64,000 nt of DNA from an uncultured delta proteobacterium (GCA_963775425.1 CAVZJB010000012.1:380430-444429), one strand, 5' to 3'. Counted from the stretch's first letter, positions 41,869 to 51,902 are shown. Notes: generated by a model not told the origin, from the letters alone. A program made the numbers and translations.

Positions 41869-43314
41869 ATGCGCACCGTCGACAAAACCCTCGCGCGCTT
41901 CGCCGGTTCGGCGCTCGCCGCCGTCGCGCTCGGGGGCGCCGCGCTCGACGCGACGGCGTGCGTGCAGCGGCCCGAGGCCGCCATCGAGCCCATCAAGGTC
42001 GGCGTCGTGAACCCCATCTCCGGCGCGCTCGCGTCGCTCGGTCCCCAATGGGAGGACGCCGCGCGCCTCGCGCAGGAGGACGTCAACGCCGGCGGCGGCG
42101 TGTTCGACGGCAGGCCGCTCGAGCTCGTCTTCAAGGACTCCGGCACCGACCCCGACACCGCCGTGGCCGCGGCCAACGAGCTCGTCGACGAGGGCGTCGT
42201 CGGCCTGGTCGGCCCCGCCACGTCAGGCGAGTCCACGCGCGTGCTCGCCGACGTCGTGGAGCAGGCGCAGATCCCCATGATCTCCTGCTGCGCCACCGCC
42301 ACCGAGCTCACCGAGGGCAACTCCCCCAACAGCGGCTTCTTCTTCCGGACCACGCCCTCGGACAAGCTCCAGGGCAAGGCGCTCGCGTTCATCGCCAAGA
42401 GCGGCTTTCACGACGGCGGCATCAACGTCGAGGCGTGCCCCGTGGCCGCCTTCATGAACCGCAACGACGCCTACGGCGCCGGCTTCAAGGCGGTGTTCGA
42501 GGGCGAGTACGTCGGGCAGCTCGTGGTCGGCAGCACGGGGCGCGCGAGCATCGTCGAGGAGGGCGACTATGGCACCCCCGACCAGGAGGCGAACCAGGGC
42601 GACCTCGACGCCGCCGCGGTCTCCCTCGCCGACGACATCGGCAACGACGCCGCCTTCGCCGTCAACTCTCCGCCGGAGCTGTGCATCGTGGTCATCTCGT
42701 TCGACGTCGACGGCGCCGAGGTCATCAAGAAGATGGACGAGCGGCTCACCGGCATCAACGACGACCGCGTGGCCACGGGCGACCCCGCCATCTCGTACCA
42801 CTACCTCGTCGGCGACGGCGCCAACTCCAGCGCCTTCGCGTCCGTGATCGGGCCGGTCAACGACCTGCGCACCCGCATCGTCGGCACCGTGCCCTTCCAC
42901 GCCACCAACGGCGCCTACGACGAGTTCGTCAAGGCGTTCAAGGCGCGCTACGAGCAGAGCACCGAGCCCATCGCCTTCACCGCGCAGAACTACGACGCCG
43001 TGTTCGTCATGGCGCTCGCGGTCACGCAGGCCAAGAGCACCGTCGGCAAGGACATCCGCAACAGCCTGTTCACCGTGTCGGGCGCGCACCAGGGCCAGCG
43101 CTTCGAGGGCGCGTTCTTCGGCGAGGTGGCCAACGCAGTCCTCGCGGGGAAGGACGTCGACTACGTCGGGCCTTCGGGCGAATTGACCTTCGACGCCTTC
43201 GGTGACGTCGTCGGCGACTACGTGCTTTGGCAGGTGGGCGATCCCGACGCCCAGGGCGCGTACGACATCGCCGAGCGCACGCCGCTGCTCGCGGCCACCT
43301 TCAATCCGCAATGA
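41869..43314 (+). CDS. LivJ-type (periplasmic binding protein type 1) lipoprotein
   Basis: IKVGVVNPISGALASLG, GRPLELVFKDS, LVGPATSG, FFRTTPSD, YDAVFVMALA, YVGPSGELTFD. Confidence 0.88.
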   Translation: MRTVDKTLARFAGSALAAVALGGAALDATACVQRPEAAIEPIKVGVVNPISGALASLGPQWEDAARLAQEDVNAGGGVFDGRPLELVFKDSGTDPDTAVAAANELVDEGVVGLVGPATSGESTRVLADVVEQAQIPMISCCATATELTEGNSPNSGFFFRTTPSDKLQGKALAFIAKSGFHDGGINVEACPVAAFMNRNDAYGAGFKAVFEGEYVGQLVVGSTGRASIVEEGDYGTPDQEANQGDLDAAAVSLADDIGNDAAFAVNSPPELCIVVISFDVDGAEVIKKMDERLTGINDDRVATGDPAISYHYLVGDGANSSAFASVIGPVNDLRTRIVGTVPFHATNGAYDEFVKAFKARYEQSTEPIAFTAQNYDAVFVMALAVTQAKSTVGKDIRNSLFTVSGAHQGQRFEGAFFGEVANAVLAGKDVDYVGPSGELTFDAFGDVVGDYVLWQVGDPDAQGAYDIAERTPLLAATFNPQ

Positions 43315-44131
43315 CGGTGGCGGTGACCTGATCGGCGAGCGTGAGGATCTGCCGCATCGAAAACGGCTTGTGCACGACGTGGTTTTTGAGGCCGAGGAAG
43401 AACTCGGCCTCCGCGGAGTCGAGCTGGTGGGCGGTGACGAAGACGAAGCGCGCGGCGAGGTCCGCGTTGAACGCGGCCACCTCGCGATAGAGTTCGGGGC
43501 CGGAGACGCGCGGCATCTTCAGGTCGCAGAACACCACCGCGAAATTGGTGGCGCGGCACTGTTCGACGGCGGCGCCGCCCTCGGAGACACTGATCACCGT
43601 GAAGCGCGACTCGAGGATCTTCCGCAACAGGCGCGCGATGGTCGGATCGTCGTCGACGACGAGGGCGAACGGTTTCCCCTCCTTCGACATCGACACCTTG
43701 CCGGCGTGCTCGCCGGTGTCCGCCATGTCGAACGCGGCGTGGGGCGCGAGCTTGTTGAGCGAGCTCTTGAGCGGCTTGAAGTCGTGGAGGTTCTTCTCGA
43801 CGAAGTCGTCGGCGTTCACCTGGAGGGCGAGCTTGACCGGGTCGCGGTCCTCCTCGGTCTCCCAGCCGCTGGGGGCCGAGGGCGGCGACGTGTACAGCGC
43901 GATGGGCAGGTTTCGCGAGATCCCCTTGGCCCGCAGGAACTTGCTCGTGGCCTCGAGGCCGAGTCGGGGCAGATCGCCGTCGAGCAGGAGGACGTCCGGC
44001 TCGAGGCGGATCACCTGGGGGTAGAGGGCGACGAGGTTGTCGTGCCCGGTGACGTCGATGCCGAAGGGGGCGAGCCCGTCGCGTACGGCGGCGACGAGCG
44101 AGGCGTTCGGCGTGATGAACAACACCCGCAT
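43301..44131 (-). CDS. Tandem receiver-domain response regulator
   Basis: Atypical REC1 (LLLDGDLPRLG); canonical REC2 (LVVDDD, CDLKMP, FVTAH, KPF). Confidence 0.85.
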   Translation of the reverse strand: MRVLFITPNASLVAAVRDGLAPFGIDVTGHDNLVALYPQVIRLEPDVLLLDGDLPRLGLEATSKFLRAKGISRNLPIALYTSPPSAPSGWETEEDRDPVKLALQVNADDFVEKNLHDFKPLKSSLNKLAPHAAFDMADTGEHAGKVSMSKEGKPFALVVDDDPTIARLLRKILESRFTVISVSEGGAAVEQCRATNFAVVFCDLKMPRVSGPELYREVAAFNADLAARFVFVTAHQLDSAEAEFFLGLKNHVVHKPFSMRQILTLADQVTATVIAD

Positions 44132-44206
44132 GGGAGCCGACTCTACAACCTCACGGTGGAAGTCCGGGCTTGCGCGCGGGCGCCCGCGCTCGCATAACGG
44201 GCTGCG

Positions 44207-44707
44207 ATGCGCATGATGTTGCACACGGCCGGGCTCGCTCTTGCGGCCGCGGTCCTCTTTGCCGCCGGCTGCGACGTGCCCACGCCGCTCGCGCCGGCCA
44301 CGCCCATCGGCGACGTCCCGCACTGGGGCGAAGGGTTCGGCACGAAGCCCGGCGCGCCATCGATGCTCGGCGGCGACCCGGCCGGGCCCATGGGCGGCAT
44401 GAAGTCGCCGGGCGCAACCGGGTCGTGGTCCGGCGGCGACCCCGCGCTCGGCAAGGGCCTGTATGCCGCCATGTGCGCGCGCTGCCACGGCGCCAACGGC
44501 GAGGGCGGCGCCGTCCCCGGCGGCGCCAAGGCCACCGCCTTCAACGACGCCAAGTGGCAGGCGGGCATCGAGGACCGGCTCATCGCGCGCACCGTGATGC
44601 TCGGCAAGGGCGCAATGCCGTCGTTCATGAGCCAGGGCCTCGACAAGCCCAAGCTCATGGGCATCGTCGCGTACATCCGCACCCTGAACCCCGCCGGCGA
44701 CAAATAG
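44207..44707 (+). CDS. Monoheme c-type cytochrome lipoprotein
   Basis: AAGC lipobox; CARCH; GAMPSF distal Met. Confidence 0.9.
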   Translation: MRMMLHTAGLALAAAVLFAAGCDVPTPLAPATPIGDVPHWGEGFGTKPGAPSMLGGDPAGPMGGMKSPGATGSWSGGDPALGKGLYAAMCARCHGANGEGGAVPGGAKATAFNDAKWQAGIEDRLIARTVMLGKGAMPSFMSQGLDKPKLMGIVAYIRTLNPAGDK

Positions 44708-44746
44708 GGCGGGGGCCTGCCCCGCGCGCACCAGGATTTTTCGCTC

Positions 44747-46225
44747 ATGAGCTCCGTTCGCGACGCCAAGTCATTCCACGTCCTCGGCGTCGCCGGCACC
44801 GGCATGGGCGCGTTCGCGGGCTTGCTCAAGCAAGCGGGCTTCTCCGTCCGCGGCTCCGACCAGAACGTCTACCCGCCCATGAGCGACAAGCTCAAGGAGT
44901 GGGGCATCGAGGTGCGCACCCCCTACGCGCCCGCGAACCTGGACCCGCCCACCGACATCGTCGTCGTCGGCAACGTCATCACCAAGGACAACGTCGAGGC
45001 CACCGCCATGCGCGAGCGCGGCCTCCCCTTCGCCAGCTTCCCCGACACCCTCGGCCGCCTCTTCCTCAGCGACCGTCACAGCGTCGTCGTCGCGGGCACC
45101 CACGGCAAGACCACCACGGCGTCGCTGGTGGCGTGGGTGCTGTTGAAGACCAAGCGCGACCCCGGCTACCTCGTCGGCGGCATCCCGCGCGCGGCCGCCG
45201 GCGACGCCGGCAAGGGCGGCGAGAGCTTCCGGCTCGGCGCGCCCGGCCCCAAGAGCCCGTTCGTCGTCGAGGGCGACGAGTACGACACCGCCTATTTCGA
45301 CAAGGGCCCCAAGTTCCTCCACTACCGGCCCAGGTCGCTGCTGTGCACGTCGCTCGAGTACGACCACGCCGACATCTACCCGAGCGTCGACGCCATCGTG
45401 GCGCGCTTCGCCGAGCTCCTCTCGCTGGTCCCCGCCGACGGCCACATCGTGCTGTGCGCCGAGGAGCCGCAGCTCATGAAGGCGCGGCAGATGGCGCCGG
45501 TGAAGGCGCGCGTGGAGACCTACGGCGCGCACGGCACCTGGGACGCCCGCGACGTCGTCGAGGACGAGCGCGGCGTGCGCTTCACGGTGACGAGCGCGGG
45601 CTCCTCCGGCGGGGGCCTGATGAGCGGCTTCGGCGGCGGCGACGAGGGCGAGGTGTTCCTGCCCATGAACGGCCACCACAGCGTGCTCAACGCGCTTGGG
45701 GCCTACGCCATCCTCTTCGGGCTCGGCCTCACCCACGACGAGATCGCGCTCGGCTTCGAGACCTTCCCCGGGGTCAAGCGGCGCATGGAGGTCCGCGGCG
45801 AGGCCGACGGCTGCCTCGTCGTCGACGACTTCGCGCACCACCCCACGGCGGTGCGCACCACGCTCGAGGGCGCCAGGAGGCGCTACAAGGGGCGCCCGCT
45901 GTGGGCGGTGTTCGAGCCGCGCTCGGCGACGTCGTGCCGCAAGGTCTTCCAGGACGCGTACGCCCGCGCCTTCGACGCCGCCGACCGCGTGCTGCTCGCG
46001 CCGCCGGGCCGCGCCCTCGACCCGGCCATCGCCCTCGACGTGCCCAAGCTCGCCGTCGACGTCAGCGCCCGCGGCAAGCCCGCCACCGCGTGCGCGTCCA
46101 TCGACGAGGTCGTGCGCTTCGCCAGGGAGTGCCCCAAGGGCGCGGTGCTGCTGTGCATGAGCAACGGCGGCTTCGGCGGCATCCACGAAAAGCTCCTCGC
46201 CGCCCTCGCGGGGCGCGCGCGATGA
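44747..46225 (+). CDS. mpl: Murein peptide ligase (Mpl / MurC-like)
   Basis: GSDQNVYPPMS, AGTHGKTTT, EGDEYDTAYFDK, DDFAHHPTA, FEPRS, MSNGGFGGIH. Confidence 0.92.
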   Translation: MSSVRDAKSFHVLGVAGTGMGAFAGLLKQAGFSVRGSDQNVYPPMSDKLKEWGIEVRTPYAPANLDPPTDIVVVGNVITKDNVEATAMRERGLPFASFPDTLGRLFLSDRHSVVVAGTHGKTTTASLVAWVLLKTKRDPGYLVGGIPRAAAGDAGKGGESFRLGAPGPKSPFVVEGDEYDTAYFDKGPKFLHYRPRSLLCTSLEYDHADIYPSVDAIVARFAELLSLVPADGHIVLCAEEPQLMKARQMAPVKARVETYGAHGTWDARDVVEDERGVRFTVTSAGSSGGGLMSGFGGGDEGEVFLPMNGHHSVLNALGAYAILFGLGLTHDEIALGFETFPGVKRRMEVRGEADGCLVVDDFAHHPTAVRTTLEGARRRYKGRPLWAVFEPRSATSCRKVFQDAYARAFDAADRVLLAPPGRALDPAIALDVPKLAVDVSARGKPATACASIDEVVRFARECPKGAVLLCMSNGGFGGIHEKLLAALAGRAR

Positions 46226-46737
46226 CGCTCTCCCGGCGCGCGTTCTTTGCGCTCGCCGGCGGGGCCGTGCTCGCCGGGTGCGCCACCGAGGCCGGCGCCG
46301 ACAAGAAGCAAGGGGCCAAGGTCCAGCCGCCGCTGCACGGGCTCACGGACTTCTCGGGCGGCGCCATCGACGTGCCGAAGATCCTCGGGCAGGTCACCAT
46401 CGTCGACTTCTGGGCGAGCTGGTGCGGGCCGTGTCGGGCGGCCATGCGCTACATGGACCAGCTCTATCGAACGTACAAAGCCGACGGGCTCGAGATGATC
46501 GGCGTGTGCGTCGACGACGACCCGGTCGCCGGCCGGCGCTTCTGGGCCTCCGCGCGCCCGCATTTTCCGGTCGGTTGGGACGGCGGCGGTGAGGTGCGCG
46601 AGCGCTTCAGCGTGCTCTCGTTGCCGACGACGGTGTTGTTCGATCCGCGTGGGTTCGTGGTGCAACGAAACGAGGGCTTCGATCTCGCGGACCACCGCCT
46701 CCTCGAGGAGCAGGTGCACCGCCTCCTGCGCACGTAG
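46222..46737 (+). CDS. TlpA-family thioredoxin-like lipoprotein, possibly Tat-exported
   Basis: SRRAFF twin-Arg and LAGC; DFWASWCGPC; SLPTT. Confidence 0.9.
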   Translation: MTLSRRAFFALAGGAVLAGCATEAGADKKQGAKVQPPLHGLTDFSGGAIDVPKILGQVTIVDFWASWCGPCRAAMRYMDQLYRTYKADGLEMIGVCVDDDPVAGRRFWASARPHFPVGWDGGGEVRERFSVLSLPTTVLFDPRGFVVQRNEGFDLADHRLLEEQVHRLLRT

Positions 46738-46809
46738 CGCTCGCAGAAAGGGACACATCGCGCGGCGCGGTTGACCCGCCGTCGCGTCCCTCGCGACTCT
46801 GACGACGCG

Positions 46810-48309
46810 GTGCCGGACGAAAGACGCATGGGGGACCTCCTGGTCGCCGCGGGGATCATCTCGCGCGAGGAGCTGGAACGTGCTTTCGAGCGCGCCAAGG
46901 TCGTCGGCGAGCGCCGCATCCTCTCTGAGCTGTTCGCGATGGGGCTCGCCCACGAGCGCGCGCTTGCGGAGACCCTCGCGCAGCAGCTCGGGGCGCCCGT
47001 GGCGGTGCTCTCGGAGTGCGTCGTGGACCTGGAGCTCGTCCGCCTCGTGTCACCGGAGCTGTTGAAGAAGCACAAGGCGCTGCCCATCGCCTCGGACGAG
47101 TCGAGCGTCACCTTCGTGAGCTCGGACCTCGACGGGCCCGCGCTCGCCATGCCCCTGGCCTTCGCCACCGGCCGGCGGCCCGTGCAGATCATCGGCATCA
47201 AGTCGATCCTCGACAGCAGCGTCAACGCGGCGTTGAAGGCGGCGGCCGAGGGGAAGGCCCAGCTCGTCGGCAAGCGGGCCACGGCCCGCCACCCCTTCGT
47301 CGCGGTGGCGCGTTACGCGCCGGCGGTGAGCGTGGCCGAGGCCAACGCGCTCGCCAAGCAGATCATCGACGTGCTCACCGACGCCCCGCAGGCCGGCATG
47401 CACGCGTCGACGCCCGTCGGCGCCATGCGGTTGAAGCAGATGGTGATCGGCGGGGGCGTGGCCGTGGTGGAGAAGGCGCGGGAGGTCCGCGACCCGGCGT
47501 CGCGCACGGCCGCCCTCCTCGACCGCGTGCCCGAGGCGCCCGCCGAGGACGCGGAGCCCATGGTGCTCGTCGTCGACGACGACGACGGCATCCGCGCCAT
47601 GCTGACCAAGGCCCTCGAGCACGACGGCTACACGGTGGTGACGGCGCAAAACGGCGACGAGGCGGTGACGCTCCTGCGCCTCATGCGCCCGCACGTGATC
47701 GTGCTCGACGCCATGCTGCCGATGATCCACGGCTTCGAGATCTGCGCGGCGCTGAAGCGCAGCCCGCTGCGCGACGTGCCGGTGATCATGATCTCGGCCG
47801 TGTACCGGGGCTGGGAGCTCGCGCGCGAGATCCAGGAGGTCCACGGCGCCGACGCTTTCGTGGAGAAGCCGTTCGAGCTCACCTACGTGCGCAAGCTGGT
47901 GGCCGAGCTGCTGCGGCGGCCGCACGCGAAGGTGCCGAAGCCGGCGGACGTCGCCTCCCGCGTCGAAGAGGCCCGCAGCAGCTACGAGGACCACGCGGGC
48001 CACGGCCTGTTCCTGGCCGCCGAGGCCGACGTGCAGCTCTGGATCGCCCTCGACCCCTTCGACGGGCGCGCCTGGCTCGAGCGCGCGAACCTCTGTGCGA
48101 TGCGCGGCGACCTCGTCGGCGCGATGTCGGCGTACGAGGCCGCCGTCGTCTACGACAGCAAGCTGCTCGTCGCGCACCTCGGCCTCGCCGTCGTCTACGA
48201 GAAGCTCGGCTTTCAGCGCCGCGCCCGCGCCACGTGGCTGAAGGCCCGCGAGCTCGCCCCCGACGACGTCACCCGCGCCTCCATCGACCGGCACATCTCT
48301 GCGGCATGA
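46810..48309 (+). CDS. MshEN/GspE-N + receiver + TPR protein
   Basis: RMGDLLVAAGIISREELERA; REC motifs VVDDD, LDAMLP, ISA, KPF; C-terminal TPRs. Start may be 46771. Confidence 0.85.
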   Translation: MPDERRMGDLLVAAGIISREELERAFERAKVVGERRILSELFAMGLAHERALAETLAQQLGAPVAVLSECVVDLELVRLVSPELLKKHKALPIASDESSVTFVSSDLDGPALAMPLAFATGRRPVQIIGIKSILDSSVNAALKAAAEGKAQLVGKRATARHPFVAVARYAPAVSVAEANALAKQIIDVLTDAPQAGMHASTPVGAMRLKQMVIGGGVAVVEKAREVRDPASRTAALLDRVPEAPAEDAEPMVLVVDDDDGIRAMLTKALEHDGYTVVTAQNGDEAVTLLRLMRPHVIVLDAMLPMIHGFEICAALKRSPLRDVPVIMISAVYRGWELAREIQEVHGADAFVEKPFELTYVRKLVAELLRRPHAKVPKPADVASRVEEARSSYEDHAGHGLFLAAEADVQLWIALDPFDGRAWLERANLCAMRGDLVGAMSAYEAAVVYDSKLLVAHLGLAVVYEKLGFQRRARATWLKARELAPDDVTRASIDRHISAA

Positions 48310-48426
48310 CGTTGTTGCGCCCTCGGCGCACTCGCATCGGAGCGCCGGGGCGCCGCCGTCGTCGGCGCGGGCGCGCGGAGCGTCCGTTTTTTTGCGGCGG
48401 GTGGGCGCGGGGGGCACGATGGCGAC

Positions 48427-48564
48427 ATGAAGCGACCGACGACGCTCTCCGTCTCCGATTTCCGACAGATCATCGACGCCATGTGCGCCACAGCCGGCGA
48501 CGAGCTCTCCTCGATGCGCGCGCGCCTCGAAGCCCTCCGCAGCGAAGCCTCCCCGCCCGGCTGA
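48427..48564 (+). CDS. Possible 45-aa small protein
   Basis: Hand-translated MKRPTTLSVSDFRQIIDAMCATAGDELSSMRARLEALRSEASPPG; fills the gap between genes; GC3-biased. Confidence 0.4.
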   Translation: MKRPTTLSVSDFRQIIDAMCATAGDELSSMRARLEALRSEASPPG

Positions 48565-48584
48565 ACGCGTCCGCGCCCCGTCGC

Positions 48585-49718
48585 TCAGACGTTGTCGCGG
48601 CGGTTGCCGCGGATCATCGTGGCGCGGGCGAGGCTGTCGTCGTCGAGCTTGGTGGCGGCTTCGCCGGGGCGGGCGACGACGAGGAGGCCCGGCGGCAGCG
48701 CCGTCCCCGCCTTCAACAGCGCGCGGCTGCCGAGGATGCAGCGGGCGCCGAGGGCGCCGCCGAGGACCGCGCGGTGCGTGTCCCGCCCCTCGACGACGAC
48801 GTCGTCGCCGGGCAGGGCGAACGTCGCCACCGCCGTGGTCAGGAACACGTTCCTGCCGATGACGACGTCGCTGAGCCCCAGGTTCGACAGCGTCGAGTCC
48901 TGCATGGCCACGATCCGGCGCAGGCTCGTGTCCACCAGCGTCCGGCAGTTGTCGCCGACGACGCACGTGTGGAGCACGCTGTGGTCGGCGACGAGGACGT
49001 CCCTGCCGACGACGCTGTCGATGACGCTCGCGTGCGGCTCGAGCCTGACCCCGTCGGCGAGGATGGAGTTGATGACCGTGGCCGTCGGGTGGATGTCGAC
49101 GTCGCCGAGCTTGTTCTTCCCCCGAAGCCGGCCGCGCCGGGTGGCGCTCGCCGCCAGCGACAGCTCGAGGACGTCGAGCCAGTGACGCACCCGGCCGCCG
49201 AGCCGCGAGACCGCCGGCATCCGCAGGACGTGCGGCGGCGCTCCGTAGGGCGGCACGCGCACGTCGACGGCGTGGTCGTCGTCGCACACGGGGACCCGCG
49301 CGGCCGTCGGGAACGCCGCAGCCGCGTCGCCGCCGACGTCGGGGGTGAGGCCGGACAGCGGCCCTGCCCACAAGGGCAGGGGGAGGTCCCCGTCGGCGTC
49401 GTGCATCCGCGTGGCGGCCGCGTACAGGGCCGTGCCGCGCGCCACCGCGGCCTGCACGAGGCCCCCGCGCTGGCGCGCGGCGTCGGCGAGCGCCGCGAGC
49501 GTCTCGCGGGAGAACACGGCGTCGAGGGCGCAGGCGACGTCGGCGCCGGCCGGGAGGGGGGCGCCGGCGGGCACGTCCCGGAGCTCGTGACCGGCGGCGG
49601 CCGCCTCCGCGGCCTGGAGCTCCCGGAGCGGCGGCCCCCCGACGAGGAGGGCGCCGGCGTCGTCGGCGAGGGGGAACACGGCGGGCTCCCAGGCGGCGTG
49701 GCGGAGGCGGGCAAGCAT
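48585..49718 (-). CDS. Hexapeptide-repeat (left-handed beta-helix) protein
   Basis: VDIHPTATVINSILADGVRLEPHASVIDSVVGRDV..., GALGARCILG; N-terminus is degenerate nucleotidyltransferase-like. Confidence 0.7.
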   Translation of the reverse strand: MLARLRHAAWEPAVFPLADDAGALLVGGPPLRELQAAEAAAAGHELRDVPAGAPLPAGADVACALDAVFSRETLAALADAARQRGGLVQAAVARGTALYAAATRMHDADGDLPLPLWAGPLSGLTPDVGGDAAAAFPTAARVPVCDDDHAVDVRVPPYGAPPHVLRMPAVSRLGGRVRHWLDVLELSLAASATRRGRLRGKNKLGDVDIHPTATVINSILADGVRLEPHASVIDSVVGRDVLVADHSVLHTCVVGDNCRTLVDTSLRRIVAMQDSTLSNLGLSDVVIGRNVFLTTAVATFALPGDDVVVEGRDTHRAVLGGALGARCILGSRALLKAGTALPPGLLVVARPGEAATKLDDDSLARATMIRGNRRDNV

Positions 49719-49822
49719 GGGCGGCGGGGACTGTACAGCGCCGGGGGCGACGTTCGCCCCGGAGGTGTCCAGGTCCGGCCCAAGACTTGCGCGGCGTCGT
49801 CCGGGTGGGATACCTCCGAGCT

Positions 49823-50605
49823 GTGAAGCTGATCGCGGCCGGGTTGACCAACGTGGGCATGAAGCGGGCCCACAACGAGGACAATCATCTTCTGGTCCCC
49901 GAGGAGAACCTGTTCATCGTCGCCGACGGCATGGGCGGGCACGCCTCGGGCGAGGTGGCCAGCGAGATCGCCGTGAACTCGGTGTGCGATTTCTTCAAGA
50001 TGACGTCCGCCGACGAAGAGCAGACCTGGCCCTTCAAGGAGGAGCGCGGGCTGAAGTACGAGGAGAACCGGCTCGTCGCGGGCATCAAGCTCGCCAACCG
50101 GCGCATCTTCGAGACCGCGCAGGCCGACGTGCGCAAGCGCGGCATGGGCACCACCATCGTCACCGCGCTGTTCACGCACAACGGCGCCTACGTCGGCCAC
50201 TGCGGCGACTCGCGCTGCTATCGCTTCCGCAACAACAAGCTCGAGCTGTTGACCGAGGACCACTCGCTGCTCAACGACTACCTGAAGAACCACAAGCTCA
50301 CGCAAGAAGAGATCGACAACTTCCCGCACAAGAACGTCATCGTGCGCGCGCTCGGCATGAAGGACACGGTGCAGGTGGACATCTCCCGCCTCGAGCCGCA
50401 GCCCCACGACCTCTATCTGCTGTGCAGCGACGGCCTCTCGGGCATGGTGCACGAGCCCGAGCTCTTCGAGCGCTGCGCGCAATACATGAACGATCCGGCG
50501 AAGCAGAGCGACATCGAAGGCCTCTGTCACACGCTGATCGACGCCGCCAACAAAAATGGCGGGACGGACAACGTCACCGTCGTCGCCATCAAAGTCGTAC
50601 CGTAA
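49823..50605 (+). CDS. PP2C-type (Stp1/IreP) Ser/Thr phosphatase
   Basis: RAHNED, VADGMGGH, GMGTT, GDSR, LCSDGL, GGTDNVT. Confidence 0.96.
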   Translation: MKLIAAGLTNVGMKRAHNEDNHLLVPEENLFIVADGMGGHASGEVASEIAVNSVCDFFKMTSADEEQTWPFKEERGLKYEENRLVAGIKLANRRIFETAQADVRKRGMGTTIVTALFTHNGAYVGHCGDSRCYRFRNNKLELLTEDHSLLNDYLKNHKLTQEEIDNFPHKNVIVRALGMKDTVQVDISRLEPQPHDLYLLCSDGLSGMVHEPELFERCAQYMNDPAKQSDIEGLCHTLIDAANKNGGTDNVTVVAIKVVP

Positions 50606-50607
50606 TT

Positions 50608-50746
50608 GTGAGGTCGCCTGTCGGCGACCTCACTTGCGCGCTGCGCGCGCGGCTCGCTCCGCTCGCGGCGGCGTCGGCAGCTTCCGAAGTCGCCTTCGTC
50701 GTCGTGGCGGGCTGATGCGGTTGCCGGGGCGACTTCGGGGGCTGCC
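50608..50746. repeat. Cluster of intergenic inverted repeats
   Basis: Perfect 11-bp stem at 50608-50633; GCTCGCTCCGCTCGC; 19-bp stem 50676-50694 / 50728-50746 with two G-U pairs. Confidence 0.7.
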
Positions 50747-50911
50747 TCCGCCGTTGTCGAATCAGGGGGGGCGTCGTCGCCTCTCCGCGGCGCACAGGCA
50801 CGTCGCAGCTCGCTCGTCGCTTGGCGTCGCACCGCCGGCGTGGGGCGCGGCACCGTAGGCCGCGGGGGCAACAAGTTCCGGATGGGCGCGAGGATCGGTA
50901 GAGTCCGCCCC

Positions 50912-51901
50912 GTGCGCTGTCTGGTCATCGCCTCGTTTCTTTGCGCGGGCGCCGCCTTCGCCCAATCCGAGAAGGTCGCGGTCGTGCCGCTGTCGGGGCT
51001 CGGCGTCGACGACGCCACGCTCGAGCATCTCGACCACGCGTTGCGCGGCGAGCTGTCGGACCTGGGCATCGACGTCGCGGGGCGCGACAAGGTGAAGGCC
51101 GCGATGTCTTCGCCGTGCGAAGGGCAACTCGACTGCCTCGTTCGCGTCGGCGCCGCGGTCGGCGCGTCGGAGATCGTGACGGGGAGCGCGGGCCTCGCGG
51201 GGGACGAGCTGCACGTGACCTTGAAGCTGATCGACGTCGGCCTGAAGATCGAGCGCAAGTCCCTCGACGCAGCGGCCCCCGCCGACCAGGCCGAGCGGCG
51301 CGTGCGCGAGACGGCCATGAAGCTGGTGCGGCCCGAGCGCTACAACCAGAGCGGCTCCATCGAGCTCAACACGCCTCTGCAGGGCGCGGACATCGTCGTC
51401 GACGGTGTGCCCCGCGGCCGCACCCCACTGTTCGGGCCCCTCGAGGGGCTGGCGCCGGGGCGTCGCGAAGTCGAGGTCCGCTACGCGGGCGCGAAGACCT
51501 GGCACGGCTTCATCGACGTCGCTTTCGACCAACCGTACCAACTCGATGTCGTCTTGAAGGACGGCGCCGTCGCGCAGGTGCCGCATGGCACAGCGGTGTC
51601 GGTCGCTGTGCCGGATCACCCGCGACCGGGGAAGGCGAAATCGCCGCAAAGAATCCCCGTTCTCGCCGTCGTCGGCGCGGGCGTCGGCGTCGCTGGCGTC
51701 GCTGCCCTCGTCGGCGCAGGATTTGCGTTCGCCAGCGCCTCCGACGCCTTCCAAAAGGGCCATGATCAAGGCGAAGCGTCATCTGGCGTGATAAACCAGA
51801 ACCTCACGATGTCCGTCGCGTATTACGCACTGCTTGCCGCGGGGGTCGGCGCGCTCGGAGGCGGCGCCACCCTCGCAGCCGTCTCGCTTCTAGGGGAGTG
51901 A
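50912..51901 (+). CDS. CsgG/TolB-N-like + PEGA protein with C-terminal Gly-rich hairpin
   Basis: KVAVVPL...CEGQLDCLVRVGAAVGASEIVTGS; PEGA GADIVVDGVPRGRTPL; stop 1 nt before array copy 1. Alternative start at 50882. Confidence 0.85.
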   Translation: MRCLVIASFLCAGAAFAQSEKVAVVPLSGLGVDDATLEHLDHALRGELSDLGIDVAGRDKVKAAMSSPCEGQLDCLVRVGAAVGASEIVTGSAGLAGDELHVTLKLIDVGLKIERKSLDAAAPADQAERRVRETAMKLVRPERYNQSGSIELNTPLQGADIVVDGVPRGRTPLFGPLEGLAPGRREVEVRYAGAKTWHGFIDVAFDQPYQLDVVLKDGAVAQVPHGTAVSVAVPDHPRPGKAKSPQRIPVLAVVGAGVGVAGVAALVGAGFAFASASDAFQKGHDQGEASSGVINQNLTMSVAYYALLAAGVGALGGGATLAAVSLLGE

Positions 51902-51902
51902 T

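Noticed and set aside
48376-48393. Intrinsic terminator before a T7 run
   Set aside because: The adjacent stem is only 4 bp, too weak to call.
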